Source of the DNA: Alphaproteobacteria bacterium
GTDB taxonomy: Bacteria; Pseudomonadota; Alphaproteobacteria; Bin95
Assembly (NCBI GenBank): GCA_965205265.1
Contig: CBDBGH010000003.1
Span: 1,408,001-1,472,000 of the forward strand
Direction of reading: 5' to 3'
Length of the DNA: 64,000 nt
The number at the start of each line of letters is the position of its first letter. Positions within the stretch are counted from its first letter, which is position 1. Shown in pieces: positions 20,177 to 30,162 of this stretch. The notes under the pieces are model-generated. The model was not told the origin of the DNA and ran no database searches. It saw nothing but the letters and a program-made list of their open reading frames with translations. The position numbers were made by a program, and so were the translations under genes.

Positions 20177-22894
20177 TCAGTGCGAGTCGGCCCAGTTGTC
20201 GGCTGCTCCGGTCTCGACCACCAGCGGTATCGCAAGCTCCGCCGCGCTTTCCATTACCCCGGCGACGCAGGCGCGGGTCTCCTCGACCTCGTCTTCCGGC
20301 ACCTCGAACAGCAGCTCGTCATGGACCTGGAGGATCATGCGCGCCTTCAGCCCCGCTTCGGCGAGCGCCGGCGGCACGCGCAGCATGGCGCGCTTGATGA
20401 TATCCGCGGCCGAGCCCTGGAGCGGCGCATTGATTGCAGCCCGCTCGCCGAAGCTGCGCCGGGCGGGGTTCTTGTCGGCAATGTAGGGCGTCCGGCATTT
20501 TCGCCCGAATATGGTCGGCACATAGCCGTGTTTGCGCGCAAAGGCGCGCGCCCGGCCCATATAGTCGCGGATGCCGGGGTAACGCTCGAAATAGGCGTCG
20601 ATATAGGCCCGCGCCTCGCCCTGCGGGATCGCAAGCTGGCGCGAGAGGCCGAAGGGCGAAATCCCGTAAATGATGCCGAAATTGATCGCCTTGGCCCGCC
20701 GGCGCGTCATCGGGTCCATGCCTTCCACCGGCTGCCCGAACACCTGCGAGGCGGTGAGCGCGTGGATGTCGAGGCCGGCATGGAAGGCCTCGCGCAACGG
20801 CTCGATCTCCGCGACATGGGCGAGCAGGCGAAGCTCGATCTGCGAATAGTCCGCGCTGACGAGCATATGGCCCGGTTCGGCCACGAAGGCGCGGCGGATC
20901 TTCCGGCCTTCTTCGGTGCGCACGGGAATGTTCTGGAGGTTGGGGTCGTTGGAGGAGAGGCGGCCGGTGCCGGCGACCGCCTGGGAGAAGGAGCTGTGGA
21001 CGCGCTGCGTGCCGGGATGGGCCGCCGCGGCCAGCGCTTCCGTATAGGTGCTGCGCAGCTTCGAGAGCTGGCGCCAGTCGAGCACCCTGGCCGGCAGCTC
21101 GTGCCCCTGCGCGCGCAGGTCCTCCAGGATTTCGGCGCCGGTTGCATAGGCCCCGGTCTTGCCCTTCCTGCCGCCCGGAAGGCTCATCTCGTCGAACAGG
21201 ATTTCGCCGAGTTGCTTGGGCGAACCGATATTGAAGGGGTGCCCGGCAAGACCGTGAATTTCCTGCTCGAGGTCGCCGATGCGGCGCGCAAAATCCTTCG
21301 AAAGGGCATTCAGCGCCGCCACATCGACCTTGATGCCGGCATTCTCCATGTCCGCAAGCACCGGGATCAGCGGACGCTCGATGGTCTCATAGACCGCCGC
21401 CATGCGCTCCTCGCGCAGCCGCGGACGCAGGATTCCGTGCAGTCTGAGCGTGATGTCGGCGTCTTCGGCCGCGTAGTCGAGCGCCTTGTCGAGCGCTACT
21501 TTGTCGAAGGTGATGGCGTTCCTGCCCTTGCCGCAGACGCTCTCATAGCTGATGCATTCATGGCCGAGATGCAGGCGCGCGAGCTCGTTCATGCCGTGGC
21601 CGTGGCTCGATCCGTCGAGCACATAGGACAGCACCATCGTGTCGTCGATGGGCGCCACGCGGATGCCATGCCTGGCGAGGACTTCCATGTCGTATTTGAT
21701 GTTCTGCCCGACCTTCAGCACGGCGTCGGAGGAGAGCAGCGGCGCCAGTACCGCAAGCGCGGATTCGGCGGTGAGCTGCTGCGGCGCGTCCGCTTCCAGC
21801 AGTTCCGCCGCCAGGTCGTGCCCGACGGGGATGTAGCAGGCCCTGCCGGGCGCTACGGCGAGCGAGAGGCCCACAAGGCGCGCGCGCTGCGCATCCAGGC
21901 TGTCGGTCTCCGTGTCGATGGCGACGATGCCGGCCTCGAAACCCGCTTCGACCCAACGCTTCAGCGCTTCTTCTTCAGTGACGAGTTCGTATTCGGCTTC
22001 CACCGGGGCGGCCGGCCGCTCCTCCTCGCCCGCGCTGCCGAGGCGGGCGATAATCGAGGCGAAGCCCTGTTCTTCCAGGAAAGGCCTGAGCCGCGCCGGA
22101 TCGAGGCCCGGCACGGCGAAGGCGTCCAGGTCTTCCGCGACCGGCGCATCGTCGCGCAGCAGCACCAGCTCCCGCGAGACGCGCGCCTGTTCCGCGAATT
22201 CGAGCAGGTTGGCGCGCCGCTTGGGCTGGCGGATCTCCTCCGCCCGCGCCAGCAGCGTGTCGAGGTCCCCGTATTCGCCGATCAGCTGCGCCGCCGTCTT
22301 GACCCCGATGCCGGGGACACCCGGCACATTGTCGCTGGAATCGCCGGCAAGCGCCTGCACGTCCACCACCTTTTCCGGCGGCACACCGAAGCGCTCGACC
22401 ACTTCCGGCCCGCCGATCCGGCGCTGCTTCACCGGGTCGAAGAGCGATATGCGCTCGTCCACGAGTTGCATCAGGTCCTTGTCGGAGGACACGATGGTGA
22501 CCTCGGCGCCCAGCGCCGCCGCGCGGCGGGCATAGGTTGCGATGATGTCGTCCGCCTCGTAGCCCGGAAGCTCGGCGACCTGCAGGTTCAACGCCTCGAC
22601 GGCATCGCGGATCAGCGCGAATTGCGGCACGAGCTCGGGCGGCGGGTCGTCGCGGTTCGCCTTGTAGTCGGGGTAGATGTCGTTGCGGAAGGTCGTCCGC
22701 GCCACGTCGAACACGACCGCGATCCGGTCGGCGTCGGTGTCCTCGACCAGCCGCATCAGCATGGCCGTGAAGCCGTAAACGGCGTTGACGGGCGTGCCGT
22801 CCGGCCGTGTCATGGGCGGCAGGGCGTGGAAGGCGCGGAAAATGTAGCCGGAGCCGTCGACCAGGAAGACGTGGCGGGGCGCTTCTTCCGTCAA
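20177..22894 (-). CDS. polA: DNA polymerase I
   Basis: [55 protein letters not shown]; likely TTG start overlapping the upstream stop. Confidence 0.97.
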   Translation of the reverse strand: MTEEAPRHVFLVDGSGYIFRAFHALPPMTRPDGTPVNAVYGFTAMLMRLVEDTDADRIAVVFDVARTTFRNDIYPDYKANRDDPPPELVPQFALIRDAVEALNLQVAELPGYEADDIIATYARRAAALGAEVTIVSSDKDLMQLVDERISLFDPVKQRRIGGPEVVERFGVPPEKVVDVQALAGDSSDNVPGVPGIGVKTAAQLIGEYGDLDTLLARAEEIRQPKRRANLLEFAEQARVSRELVLLRDDAPVAEDLDAFAVPGLDPARLRPFLEEQGFASIIARLGSAGEEERPAAPVEAEYELVTEEEALKRWVEAGFEAGIVAIDTETDSLDAQRARLVGLSLAVAPGRACYIPVGHDLAAELLEADAPQQLTAESALAVLAPLLSSDAVLKVGQNIKYDMEVLARHGIRVAPIDDTMVLSYVLDGSSHGHGMNELARLHLGHECISYESVCGKGRNAITFDKVALDKALDYAAEDADITLRLHGILRPRLREERMAAVYETIERPLIPVLADMENAGIKVDVAALNALSKDFARRIGDLEQEIHGLAGHPFNIGSPKQLGEILFDEMSLPGGRKGKTGAYATGAEILEDLRAQGHELPARVLDWRQLSKLRSTYTEALAAAAHPGTQRVHSSFSQAVAGTGRLSSNDPNLQNIPVRTEEGRKIRRAFVAEPGHMLVSADYSQIELRLLAHVAEIEPLREAFHAGLDIHALTASQVFGQPVEGMDPMTRRRAKAINFGIIYGISPFGLSRQLAIPQGEARAYIDAYFERYPGIRDYMGRARAFARKHGYVPTIFGRKCRTPYIADKNPARRSFGERAAINAPLQGSAADIIKRAMLRVPPALAEAGLKARMILQVHDELLFEVPEDEVEETRACVAGVMESAAELAIPLVVETGAADNWADSH

Positions 22895-23070
22895 TGCGCC
22901 GCGCGGAGACCCGCTCCGTCCTTCAGCACGAAACGCCGGCCGCAATAGGGGCAATCCACCCGGCCTTCGCTGTCCAGATGAAGCCAGACGCGCGGATGGC
23001 CGAGCGCGCCGCCGCCGCCGTCGCAGGCAATCGCGGCCTCCTCGACCTCAATCGTCTCCGGCGGTTCCAT
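22891..23070 (-). CDS. Small zinc-finger protein (zf-CHCC type)
   Basis: [16 protein letters not shown]...CPYCGRRF; GGAG RBS. Confidence 0.88.
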   Translation of the reverse strand: MEPPETIEVEEAAIACDGGGGALGHPRVWLHLDSEGRVDCPYCGRRFVLKDGAGLRAAH

Positions 23071-23147
23071 CGGCGTCTCCCCCATGCCGTCCGGGCCATG
23101 CGGGGATGATAGCGAAGCGGCCCCCGCACGCAACATGCAGGGCAGGG

Positions 23148-23978
23148 TTACACCTTCCGGCAAAGAACCTCGATCGGCAGGGTGCGGCGCTCCTTCGCGG
23201 CGCGGCCGTTGTTCGCCACCGCCTTGCGGGCGCGCTCGCCGAGCGCCAGCATGACGGCGCGGTGCGGCGGTTTTCCGCCGGCCTCGACGATGGCGCGCGA
23301 GCGGGCGGCGAAGTCGCGCGCTTCCTTGCTGGTATCGCGCAGGCTCTCGACCCTGAAACCTGCGGCTTCGAGTTCCGCACGGGTGTCCTCCGGCGTGGCG
23401 AGGAAGCTCGAGGCGGCGGTGGCCGCCCAGGGCAGGGGGTAGTCGGGGGCGCCGCCGGGGCCCTGGGCCACTTCCGACAGGGCGAGCCACCCGCCGGGCT
23501 TCAGCACGCGGCTGACCTCCCGGTAGAAAGCGCGCTTGCCGGCGATGTTCATGGAGACATTCATGGAATAGGCGCCGTCGAAGGCCGCGTCCCCGAACGG
23601 CATCGCCAGCGCATCGCCCTCCTCGAACGACATGCGGTCTTCGAGCCCGAGCCGCGCGGTCAGCAGCCGCGCGACCTCGCAGAACTCCGCCGTCAGGTCG
23701 ATTCCGGCGACCCGGCAGCCGAACCGCCGCGCCATGTAGCGCGCCGGGCCGCCGAGGCCGCTGCCGATATCCAGAATCCGGTCCGCTGCGGAGACCGTCA
23801 GGCGGCTCGCCATGTCCTCGGTCGCCTCCAGCCCGCGGCCGTGGAAATGGTCGTAGGGCGCAAGCTCTTCCAGAGTCGGACTCGCCGGATCGACTCCGTC
23901 CTCGCGCAGGTTTACTTCCAGCCGCGCCAGGAGGCCGCCTTGCGAGTAATGGCCCGGAATTTCCGATGCCGCATTCAT
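23148..23978 (-). CDS. Class I SAM-dependent methyltransferase
   Basis: [40 protein letters not shown]. Confidence 0.9.
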   Translation of the reverse strand: MNAASEIPGHYSQGGLLARLEVNLREDGVDPASPTLEELAPYDHFHGRGLEATEDMASRLTVSAADRILDIGSGLGGPARYMARRFGCRVAGIDLTAEFCEVARLLTARLGLEDRMSFEEGDALAMPFGDAAFDGAYSMNVSMNIAGKRAFYREVSRVLKPGGWLALSEVAQGPGGAPDYPLPWAATAASSFLATPEDTRAELEAAGFRVESLRDTSKEARDFAARSRAIVEAGGKPPHRAVMLALGERARKAVANNGRAAKERRTLPIEVLCRKV

Positions 23979-24080
23979 TGCCGGCCCTTTCCCCTTGAAA
24001 TGCAGGACGATAGCAGGCCCTCTGGCGGGTGTCCGCGAAAGCGTTGTATCGAGAAAGGCGGCAACGAGGGAGCGCCGGCC

Positions 24081-25271
24081 ATGAACGAGAAAACGACCCT
24101 GCTTGCGAATGTGCGCCTTGCCGACGGGAGCGCGGCGGACATCCGCATGGCCGGCGGCGCGATCGAAGAGGTCGGCCCCGGTCTCGGCCCGGCGAACGCC
24201 GAGCGCTTCGACGGCGGCGGCCTGCTTGCCCTTCCCGGCATGACGGACGGGCATGTGCATCTCGACAAGACGCTGACCGGCCTGCCCTGGATGCCCCATC
24301 CCGCCGAGCCGGGCCGGGCAAGCCGCATCGCGGTCGAGCGTGGCCTGCGAGCGACGCTTCCGCCGCCTGCGGAACGCGCGTCCAACCTGGTCCGCCAGGC
24401 TGTCGCGCTCGGCACGACCGCCTTCCGCAGCCATGCGGATATCGGCCCCGATATCGGCACAGGCCATGTCGAGGCGCTGCTCGAGGTGAAGGCCGCCTTC
24501 TCCCATGCCGCCGACTTCCAGATCGTCGCGTTTCCGCAATACGGCGTGCTCGCCGCACCCGGCAGTTACGAGCTTATGGACGAGGCGCTGGCGATGGGCG
24601 CGGACCTTGTGGGCGGCATCGACCCCATCGACCGGGACGGGGACCTGGACGGCCAGCTGGACCTGCTTTTCCGGCTGGCCGGGAAGCACGGCAAGGGCAT
24701 CGACATCCATATCCACGACCCCGGGAAGGCAGGGTTGCAGGAAATCGCCGCTCTCGCCGAGCGCACCCGCGCGACCGGCATGGAGGGCCGTGTCACCGTC
24801 AGCCACGGCTTCTGCCTCGGGGCCTGCACGGAGGATGTCTTCGAGCGCCTGGCCGGCGCCATGGCCGGGGCGGGCATGTCGCTCGCCACCCACGGCGGCG
24901 GGGCCTCGCCTCTGCCGCCGGTGAAGAAGCTGCGCGAGCGCGGGGTCGAGGTGTTCGTCGGCAATGACGATGTGCGCGATACATGGGGACCCTACGGCAA
25001 CGGGGACCTGCTGATCCGCGCCATGCTGCTGTCATGGCGCTCGGGTTACCGCACCGACAGCGACCTCGCCATCGCCTTCGACTGCGCCGCGGCCGCCCCG
25101 CGCCGGGTATTCGGGCAGGACGACCGCGGCATCGCCGCCGGCGCGCCTGCCGATCTGTTCACGGTCCACGCCGAAACGCTCGCCGAGGCGGTCGCCCAGC
25201 ATCCGCCGCGCGGCCTGGTGTTCAAGGCCGGCCGGCCGGTCGCGCGCGACGGGTCGTATCTCGGTCGATGA
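24081..25271 (+). CDS. Amidohydrolase, cytosine deaminase-like
   Basis: [45 protein letters not shown]. Confidence 0.9.
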   Translation: MNEKTTLLANVRLADGSAADIRMAGGAIEEVGPGLGPANAERFDGGGLLALPGMTDGHVHLDKTLTGLPWMPHPAEPGRASRIAVERGLRATLPPPAERASNLVRQAVALGTTAFRSHADIGPDIGTGHVEALLEVKAAFSHAADFQIVAFPQYGVLAAPGSYELMDEALAMGADLVGGIDPIDRDGDLDGQLDLLFRLAGKHGKGIDIHIHDPGKAGLQEIAALAERTRATGMEGRVTVSHGFCLGACTEDVFERLAGAMAGAGMSLATHGGGASPLPPVKKLRERGVEVFVGNDDVRDTWGPYGNGDLLIRAMLLSWRSGYRTDSDLAIAFDCAAAAPRRVFGQDDRGIAAGAPADLFTVHAETLAEAVAQHPPRGLVFKAGRPVARDGSYLGR

Positions 25272-25357
25272 GTTGAAAATCCCGGTCGGCATTGCACGGA
25301 CAAGAGTCGCGCCGTGGGGGAAGCGATAGTGGCGAGCGACAGGGAGAACCGAAATCG

Positions 25358-25606
25358 ATGAAATACGCCGATATCGATCCGAAGCATCTGGCCGAACTCG
25401 GCCGAACGCTTGGGGCCTGGCTCCGCGACGGCGACAAGGATGCGTATCTCGACGGCGAGGGTCCTCTGCCGGCCCACCCCGAACTCTACTACCGAAAGAC
25501 GGGCGACGGGTGGCGGTGGACCTTGCTGGCCGATACCGAAGAAAACCGGCAACAGGATAGGCTGGACGAACAAGCGTGGCGAATATGGAAGGCGATGCAT
25601 GAGTAG
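25358..25606 (+). CDS. Small hypothetical protein
   Basis: GGGAG upstream of ATG; MKYADIDPKHLAELG..., protein-like composition, no recognised motif. Confidence 0.5.
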   Translation: MKYADIDPKHLAELGRTLGAWLRDGDKDAYLDGEGPLPAHPELYYRKTGDGWRWTLLADTEENRQQDRLDEQAWRIWKAMHE

Positions 25607-25691
25607 CGGGCCGCGCAGGCTTCCGCCCCGGCCCGGAGAATGGGCATTTGCAATTCAACTCGTACAAACCGGGATGCAGCCCGCATTCCGG

Positions 25692-25719
25692 TTGACAGCG
25701 AAGGCGGCGCATCTATGGT
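25692..25719 (+). promoter_or_regulatory. Sigma70 promoter of tRNA-Arg
   Basis: TTGACA-N16-TATGGT, 12 nt before the tRNA. Confidence 0.6.
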
Positions 25720-25731
25720 CTTCGGACTGAA

Positions 25732-25807
25732 GCGCCCGTAGCTCAGTGGATAGAGCGTCTGCCTCCGGAGCAGAAGGTCGCACGTTCGAATCGTGCCGGG
25801 CGCGCCA
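25732..25807 (+). tRNA. tRNA-Arg(CCG)
   Basis: GCGCCCG/CGGGCGC acceptor stem, TCTGC-CTCCGGA-GCAGA anticodon arm, GTTCGAATC, encoded CCA. Confidence 0.97.
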
Positions 25808-25827
25808 GAGTTCCGGGCGCGTGCTCC

Positions 25828-27237
25828 ATGTCCAGATTCTCCAGGCCGGCAATGACGCGCCGCGCGTTTCTCGCTTCGGCGGCGGTGGCGCTTGCGCCGC
25901 TCGGCCGTGTCCGGGCGGCCGGAATGCCGGAGTTGCGCCTGCGGGCTGCGCCCGCATCCGTCCGCCTCGCGCCGGAACCCTATGGCGAAACGCCGGTCTG
26001 GTGCTATGGCGGCAACGTGCCGGGGCCGGAAATCCGGGTGCGCCAGGGGGACCGGCTGCGGGTCCTGCTCGACAACGGGCTCGGCGAGGACACCACGATC
26101 CACTGGCACGGCCTCCGGCTGCCCAACGCCATGGACGGCGTGCCGGACGTGACCCAGCCGCCCGTCCGCCCCGGCGGGACCTTCGCCTACGAGTTCGACG
26201 CCGTGGATGCCGGAACCTTCTGGTACCACCCCCATTCCAACAGTATGGAGCAGGTCGCGCGCGGCCTTTACGGAGTGCTGGTCGTCGAGGAGCGCGAACC
26301 GGCGCTGCGCGCGGACCGGGACGTGACCTGGGTGCTGGACGACTGGCGGATGACGGAGGAAGCCGCGCTTGCCGACGGCTTCGGGAACGCCCATGACATG
26401 AGCCATGCCGGGCGGCTTGGCAATTGGGCGACCGTCAACGGTTCAAGCCCGGGAGAGTTCGCCGTGCGCGGGGGCGAGCGCATCCGGCTCCGCCTCGTCA
26501 ACACAGCCAACGCGCGGGTCTTCGGACTTGAGTTCCAGAACCACCGGCCGCAGGTCGTGGCGCTCGACGGCCACCCGGTCGCGCCCCATGCGCCGGAGGG
26601 CGGCCGGGTCGTGCTCGGCCCCGGCATGCGCGCCGACATCGTGCTCGACATGACCGGGGAGCCGGGGGCGAAGACGCCCGTGATCGACGCCTTCTACCGC
26701 AACCGGGAATACCGCCTGCTCGACCTCGCCTATGCGTCCGAACCTCTGCGCGGGGAGCCGCCCGACTGGCCGCTCGCCCTGCCGCCCAATCCGCTGCCGG
26801 AGCCGGAAGCCGGGGACGCCGTCCGCCATGAGATGATGTTCACCGGCGGCGCGATGGGCGGGGCGGTCATGGCCGAGATGGGCGGCCGCATGGGCCCGGT
26901 CGGGCCGCGCTCCTTCTGGTTCGTCGATGGCGAGGCCCCTTCGGGAGACCCGCCGGCGCCGATGTTGACGCTCGAGCGGGGCCGGAGCTGCGTCATCGCC
27001 ATGACAAACGCCACCGCCTGGCACCACCCGATGCATCTCCACGGCCACGCCTTCCGCATCCTCTCCCGCAACGGCAGGCCGACGGAACGCCGGGAATGGC
27101 GGGACACCGTGCTGATGGAACCGCGCGAGCGGGTGGAAATCGCTTTCCTTGCTGACAATCCCGGCGACTGGCTGTTTCATTGCCATGTGCTGGGACACCA
27201 GGCGAGCGGCATGAAGAGCATGATCCGCGTGCTTTGA
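25828..27237 (+). CDS. Multicopper oxidase with Tat signal
   Basis: TRRAFL; HWHG, WYHPH, HPMHLHGH, HCHVLGHQASGM. Confidence 0.95.
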   Translation: MSRFSRPAMTRRAFLASAAVALAPLGRVRAAGMPELRLRAAPASVRLAPEPYGETPVWCYGGNVPGPEIRVRQGDRLRVLLDNGLGEDTTIHWHGLRLPNAMDGVPDVTQPPVRPGGTFAYEFDAVDAGTFWYHPHSNSMEQVARGLYGVLVVEEREPALRADRDVTWVLDDWRMTEEAALADGFGNAHDMSHAGRLGNWATVNGSSPGEFAVRGGERIRLRLVNTANARVFGLEFQNHRPQVVALDGHPVAPHAPEGGRVVLGPGMRADIVLDMTGEPGAKTPVIDAFYRNREYRLLDLAYASEPLRGEPPDWPLALPPNPLPEPEAGDAVRHEMMFTGGAMGGAVMAEMGGRMGPVGPRSFWFVDGEAPSGDPPAPMLTLERGRSCVIAMTNATAWHHPMHLHGHAFRILSRNGRPTERREWRDTVLMEPRERVEIAFLADNPGDWLFHCHVLGHQASGMKSMIRVL

Positions 27238-27258
27238 GGCGGGCAGGGAGGAAGGACG

Positions 27259-28098
27259 ATGACCGGGACTTGTGCCATCGATGTCGAGGCCTTCGAGCGG
27301 AACGGTTTCGCCGGCCCGCTCTACGCCATGAGCGCCGAAGAGGCGCAGGATTACCGCCGCAAATTCGAGGCTTACGAGGCCGAGCTCGGCCACCGCGTCA
27401 CCGAGGGCGATCCGGGGACCCGCTACAAGACGCATGTGCTGATGCCGTTTGCGGCGGACCTGGCGCGCCATCCGCGTATCCTCGACGCGGTCGAAGCCCT
27501 GCTCGGGCCGGACATTCTCTGCTGGACCAGCACATGGTTTGTGAAGGACGCGCATACCGAGGCGCAAACGATCTGGCACCAGGACGCCACCTATTTCGGC
27601 CTGCGCCCGCACCGCCATGTCACCGCCTGGCTGGCGCTGAGCGAGGCGTCGGAAGAGGCGGGCTGCATGCGCTTCGTTCCCGGCACCAACCGCGGCGGAC
27701 TGCTGCGCCACATCGCCAATGCCGCGCCCAACAGCATCAACAGCGCCGGCCAGCGCACCGAGGCCGATTTCGAACCGGAAGACGCGGTGCCCGTGCCGCT
27801 GAAGCCCGGCGAATTCTCGATCCACCACACCCTTGCCGTCCATGCCTCCGGCCCCAACCGCGCGGACGACCGGCGCATCGGCATCGGCATTTCCTACATC
27901 CCGGCGAGCGTGCGCCATATCGGCACCGTCAGGGTGCCGGCGACGCTGGTGCGGGGCGAGGACCGCTACGGCCATTTCGAGCTCGAACAGCGCCCCGAGG
28001 GCGGGCTGGAGTGGAACAGCTACTACCGCCACCGCGCCGCCTATAGCGAGAGCTACGCCGAGCAGGTCGAGTGGCACGCGGAAGGGCGCTGGGAATAG
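27259..28098 (+). CDS. Phytanoyl-CoA dioxygenase (PhyH) family protein
   Basis: WHQDATY, TAWLAL, HASGPN, RRIG. Confidence 0.9.
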   Translation: MTGTCAIDVEAFERNGFAGPLYAMSAEEAQDYRRKFEAYEAELGHRVTEGDPGTRYKTHVLMPFAADLARHPRILDAVEALLGPDILCWTSTWFVKDAHTEAQTIWHQDATYFGLRPHRHVTAWLALSEASEEAGCMRFVPGTNRGGLLRHIANAAPNSINSAGQRTEADFEPEDAVPVPLKPGEFSIHHTLAVHASGPNRADDRRIGIGISYIPASVRHIGTVRVPATLVRGEDRYGHFELEQRPEGGLEWNSYYRHRAAYSESYAEQVEWHAEGRWE

Positions 28099-28835
28099 TG
28101 GCCCGGCTCGCGGGCAAGGCCGCCATCGTCACGGGCGCGGCCGGCGGCATCGGCTACGCCATCGCCGCTGCTTTCCTGCGCGAAGGGGCGGAGGTCATCG
28201 TGGCGGACAATGCGGCCGACATAGCGGAGCGCGCGCCGGCGGGGGCGGTCGCGATGCGCTGCGATGTGTCCCGGTCGGCCGACGCAGAGGCTGCAACGGC
28301 GTTGGCCAGGGAGCGTTTCGGCAGGCTGCATGTCCTCATCAACAATGCCGCTCTTTTCGTGCCTTACGGCAGCGTTGTCGATGTTGCGGAGGAGGACTGG
28401 ACGCGGTCGATGGCGGTCAATCTCACCGGCCCGTTCCTGATGAGCAAATACGCCGTTCCGCTGATCGCGGAGAGCGGCGGCGGCAGCATCATCCATGTGG
28501 CCTCGCAGCTGGGGCAGGTCGGCAAGCCGGGGCACTGCTGGTACAACGCCGCCAAGGGGGCGCTGATCCAGCTGGCGAAGGTCATGGCGATCGACCATGC
28601 GGGCGAGGGCATCCGCGTGAACAGCCTTTCGCCGGGCCCCATCGGCACGCCGCGCGTCCACGCCAAGCACGGAGGGCGGGAGGCGGCCGAGCGGGAGAAC
28701 GGCGCGCTCACGATCCTCCACCGCATGGGCCGGCCGGAGGAGATCGCCGAAGCCGCGCTCTTCCTCGCCAGCGACGAGTCCAGCTACATGACCGGCGCCG
28801 ACCTGCTGGTGGACGGCGGCTACAACGCATGGTGA
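28098..28835 (+). CDS. SDR-family oxidoreductase
   Basis: TGAAGGIG, NNAA, YNAAK, VDGG; GTG start overlaps upstream TAG. Confidence 0.92.
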   Translation: MARLAGKAAIVTGAAGGIGYAIAAAFLREGAEVIVADNAADIAERAPAGAVAMRCDVSRSADAEAATALARERFGRLHVLINNAALFVPYGSVVDVAEEDWTRSMAVNLTGPFLMSKYAVPLIAESGGGSIIHVASQLGQVGKPGHCWYNAAKGALIQLAKVMAIDHAGEGIRVNSLSPGPIGTPRVHAKHGGREAAERENGALTILHRMGRPEEIAEAALFLASDESSYMTGADLLVDGGYNAW

Positions 28836-29734
28836 GGCTGTTCGAATCGCTTCGGGCGGTCTTCTACGCACCCTTCTACCTCGCGCTCGAACTGGACGCC
28901 TACGGCAAGCGGGGGCTGGAGGTGGAATTCGGCCGGCCGGACAGTCCTGACGACGCGGCTTCGAGCCTGTTCGGCAGCGGCGCCGATGTCGTCTGGGGCG
29001 GCCCGATGCGCATGATGCAATACCAGGCCGCCCACGGCGACGGGACGGTCGTGGCGTTTGCCGAGGCCGTGATGCGCGACCCGTTTTATGTCGTCGGGCG
29101 GGAGCCCCGGCCGGACTTCCGCTTCGCCGACCTCATGGAAGCGCGCTTCGCCCGGGTTTCGGAAGTGCCGACGCCCTGGCTCTGCCTGCAGGACGATATC
29201 CGCCGCGCCGGCTTCGACCCGGACGCGCTGGAGCGCGCGCCCGACCGCGGCATGGCCGAGAATGCGGACGCGCTGCGCGAGGGCAGGGTGGATGCGATGC
29301 AGGTCTTCGAGCCGTTCGTCGAGGAACTGCTGCATGAGGGCGCGGGCCATATCTGGTACGCCGCCGCCCGGCGCGGCCCGACCTCCTACACGACGCTCTA
29401 CACCTCGCGGCGTTTCGCCGAGGCCAATGACGATGCGCTCGCCGCCATGGCCGGCGGGGTGATGGAGGCGCTCGACTGGCTGCACGGGCACGGTGCCGAG
29501 GCGCTGGCGGACCGGGTGCAAGGCTATTTCCCCGCGCTCGACCCGGCCCGCCTCGCCGGCGCGCTCGCCCGCTACAAGGCGAGCGGCGTCTGGGGCCGGG
29601 ACCCGGTTCTGCCGCTGGAAGGCTTCGTGCGGCTCAAGGGCGCGCTCATCTCCGGCGGCTTCATCGCCCGCGACATCCCCTTCGAAGCCTGCGTGGACAA
29701 CCGCTACGCCGAGCGCGCGCGGGTGGGCCGCTGA
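28829..29734 (+). CDS. NMT1/THI5-like ABC substrate-binding protein
   Basis: RAVFYAPFYLA, WGGPMR, FEPF; no obvious signal peptide. Confidence 0.78.
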   Translation: MVRLFESLRAVFYAPFYLALELDAYGKRGLEVEFGRPDSPDDAASSLFGSGADVVWGGPMRMMQYQAAHGDGTVVAFAEAVMRDPFYVVGREPRPDFRFADLMEARFARVSEVPTPWLCLQDDIRRAGFDPDALERAPDRGMAENADALREGRVDAMQVFEPFVEELLHEGAGHIWYAAARRGPTSYTTLYTSRRFAEANDDALAAMAGGVMEALDWLHGHGAEALADRVQGYFPALDPARLAGALARYKASGVWGRDPVLPLEGFVRLKGALISGGFIARDIPFEACVDNRYAERARVGR

Positions 29735-29781
29735 GGGTAGAGCAACGCCCCGGTCTTCGCCCGGCTTTCTGCCCTTCTTCT

Positions 29782-29916
29782 CGTCATACCCGAACGCCCC
29801 CTCCGTCATGCCCGGACTTGTTCCGGGCATCCATGCGGCCGCCCGGCGGAAGCGCTTGAGGGAGATGCCCGGAACAAGTCCGGGCATGACGATATGAGGG
29901 CATGACGGCATGACGG
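29782..29916. repeat. REP-like element, copy 4, with flanking half-sites
   Basis: Arms 29804-29891 with the same consensus as copy 1; lies between convergent genes. Confidence 0.9.
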
Positions 29917-29992
29917 AGGGGGCTGTGCGATGCTCAGCCAACGCAAGCAGATGTGTGAATCCGGCAGGCTCGGGGGCCGGCGCGACAAAACT

Positions 29993-30151
29993 CTACGCCT
30001 GCGGAAATTCCTCCAGATAGAGCTCCGTCGCTTCCCTGAGGTTGGCGAGAGCCTCGTCGAGAGTCTCGCCTTGGGTCGTCGTGCCGGTTTCCGGGTTCAT
30101 GGCGGTAAAGCCGCCTTCCCGGTCGGGCAGCAACACTGCGGTCAATTGCAT
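29993..30151 (-). CDS. Short HicB-like (UPF0150) antitoxin-family protein
   Basis: EGGFTA...TTTQGETLDEALANLREATELYLE; purine-rich RBS. Confidence 0.8.
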   Translation of the reverse strand: MQLTAVLLPDREGGFTAMNPETGTTTQGETLDEALANLREATELYLEEFPQA

Positions 30152-30162
30152 CTCTTTCCCCT

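Noticed and set aside
23148-24893. 581-aa methyltransferase fusion
   Set aside because: The N-terminal extension is antisense to the amidohydrolase; the real start is 23978 with an RBS
25732-25830. Prophage or integrative element at tRNA-Arg
   Set aside because: No integrase and no repeat of the tRNA 3' end noticed
27833-29734. 633-aa extended SBP; similar extended ORFs 59258-62023, 30163-32175, 41312-42286
   Set aside because: Extensions overlap real genes in other frames and are low-complexity Arg/Gly/Ala; internal coupled starts exist
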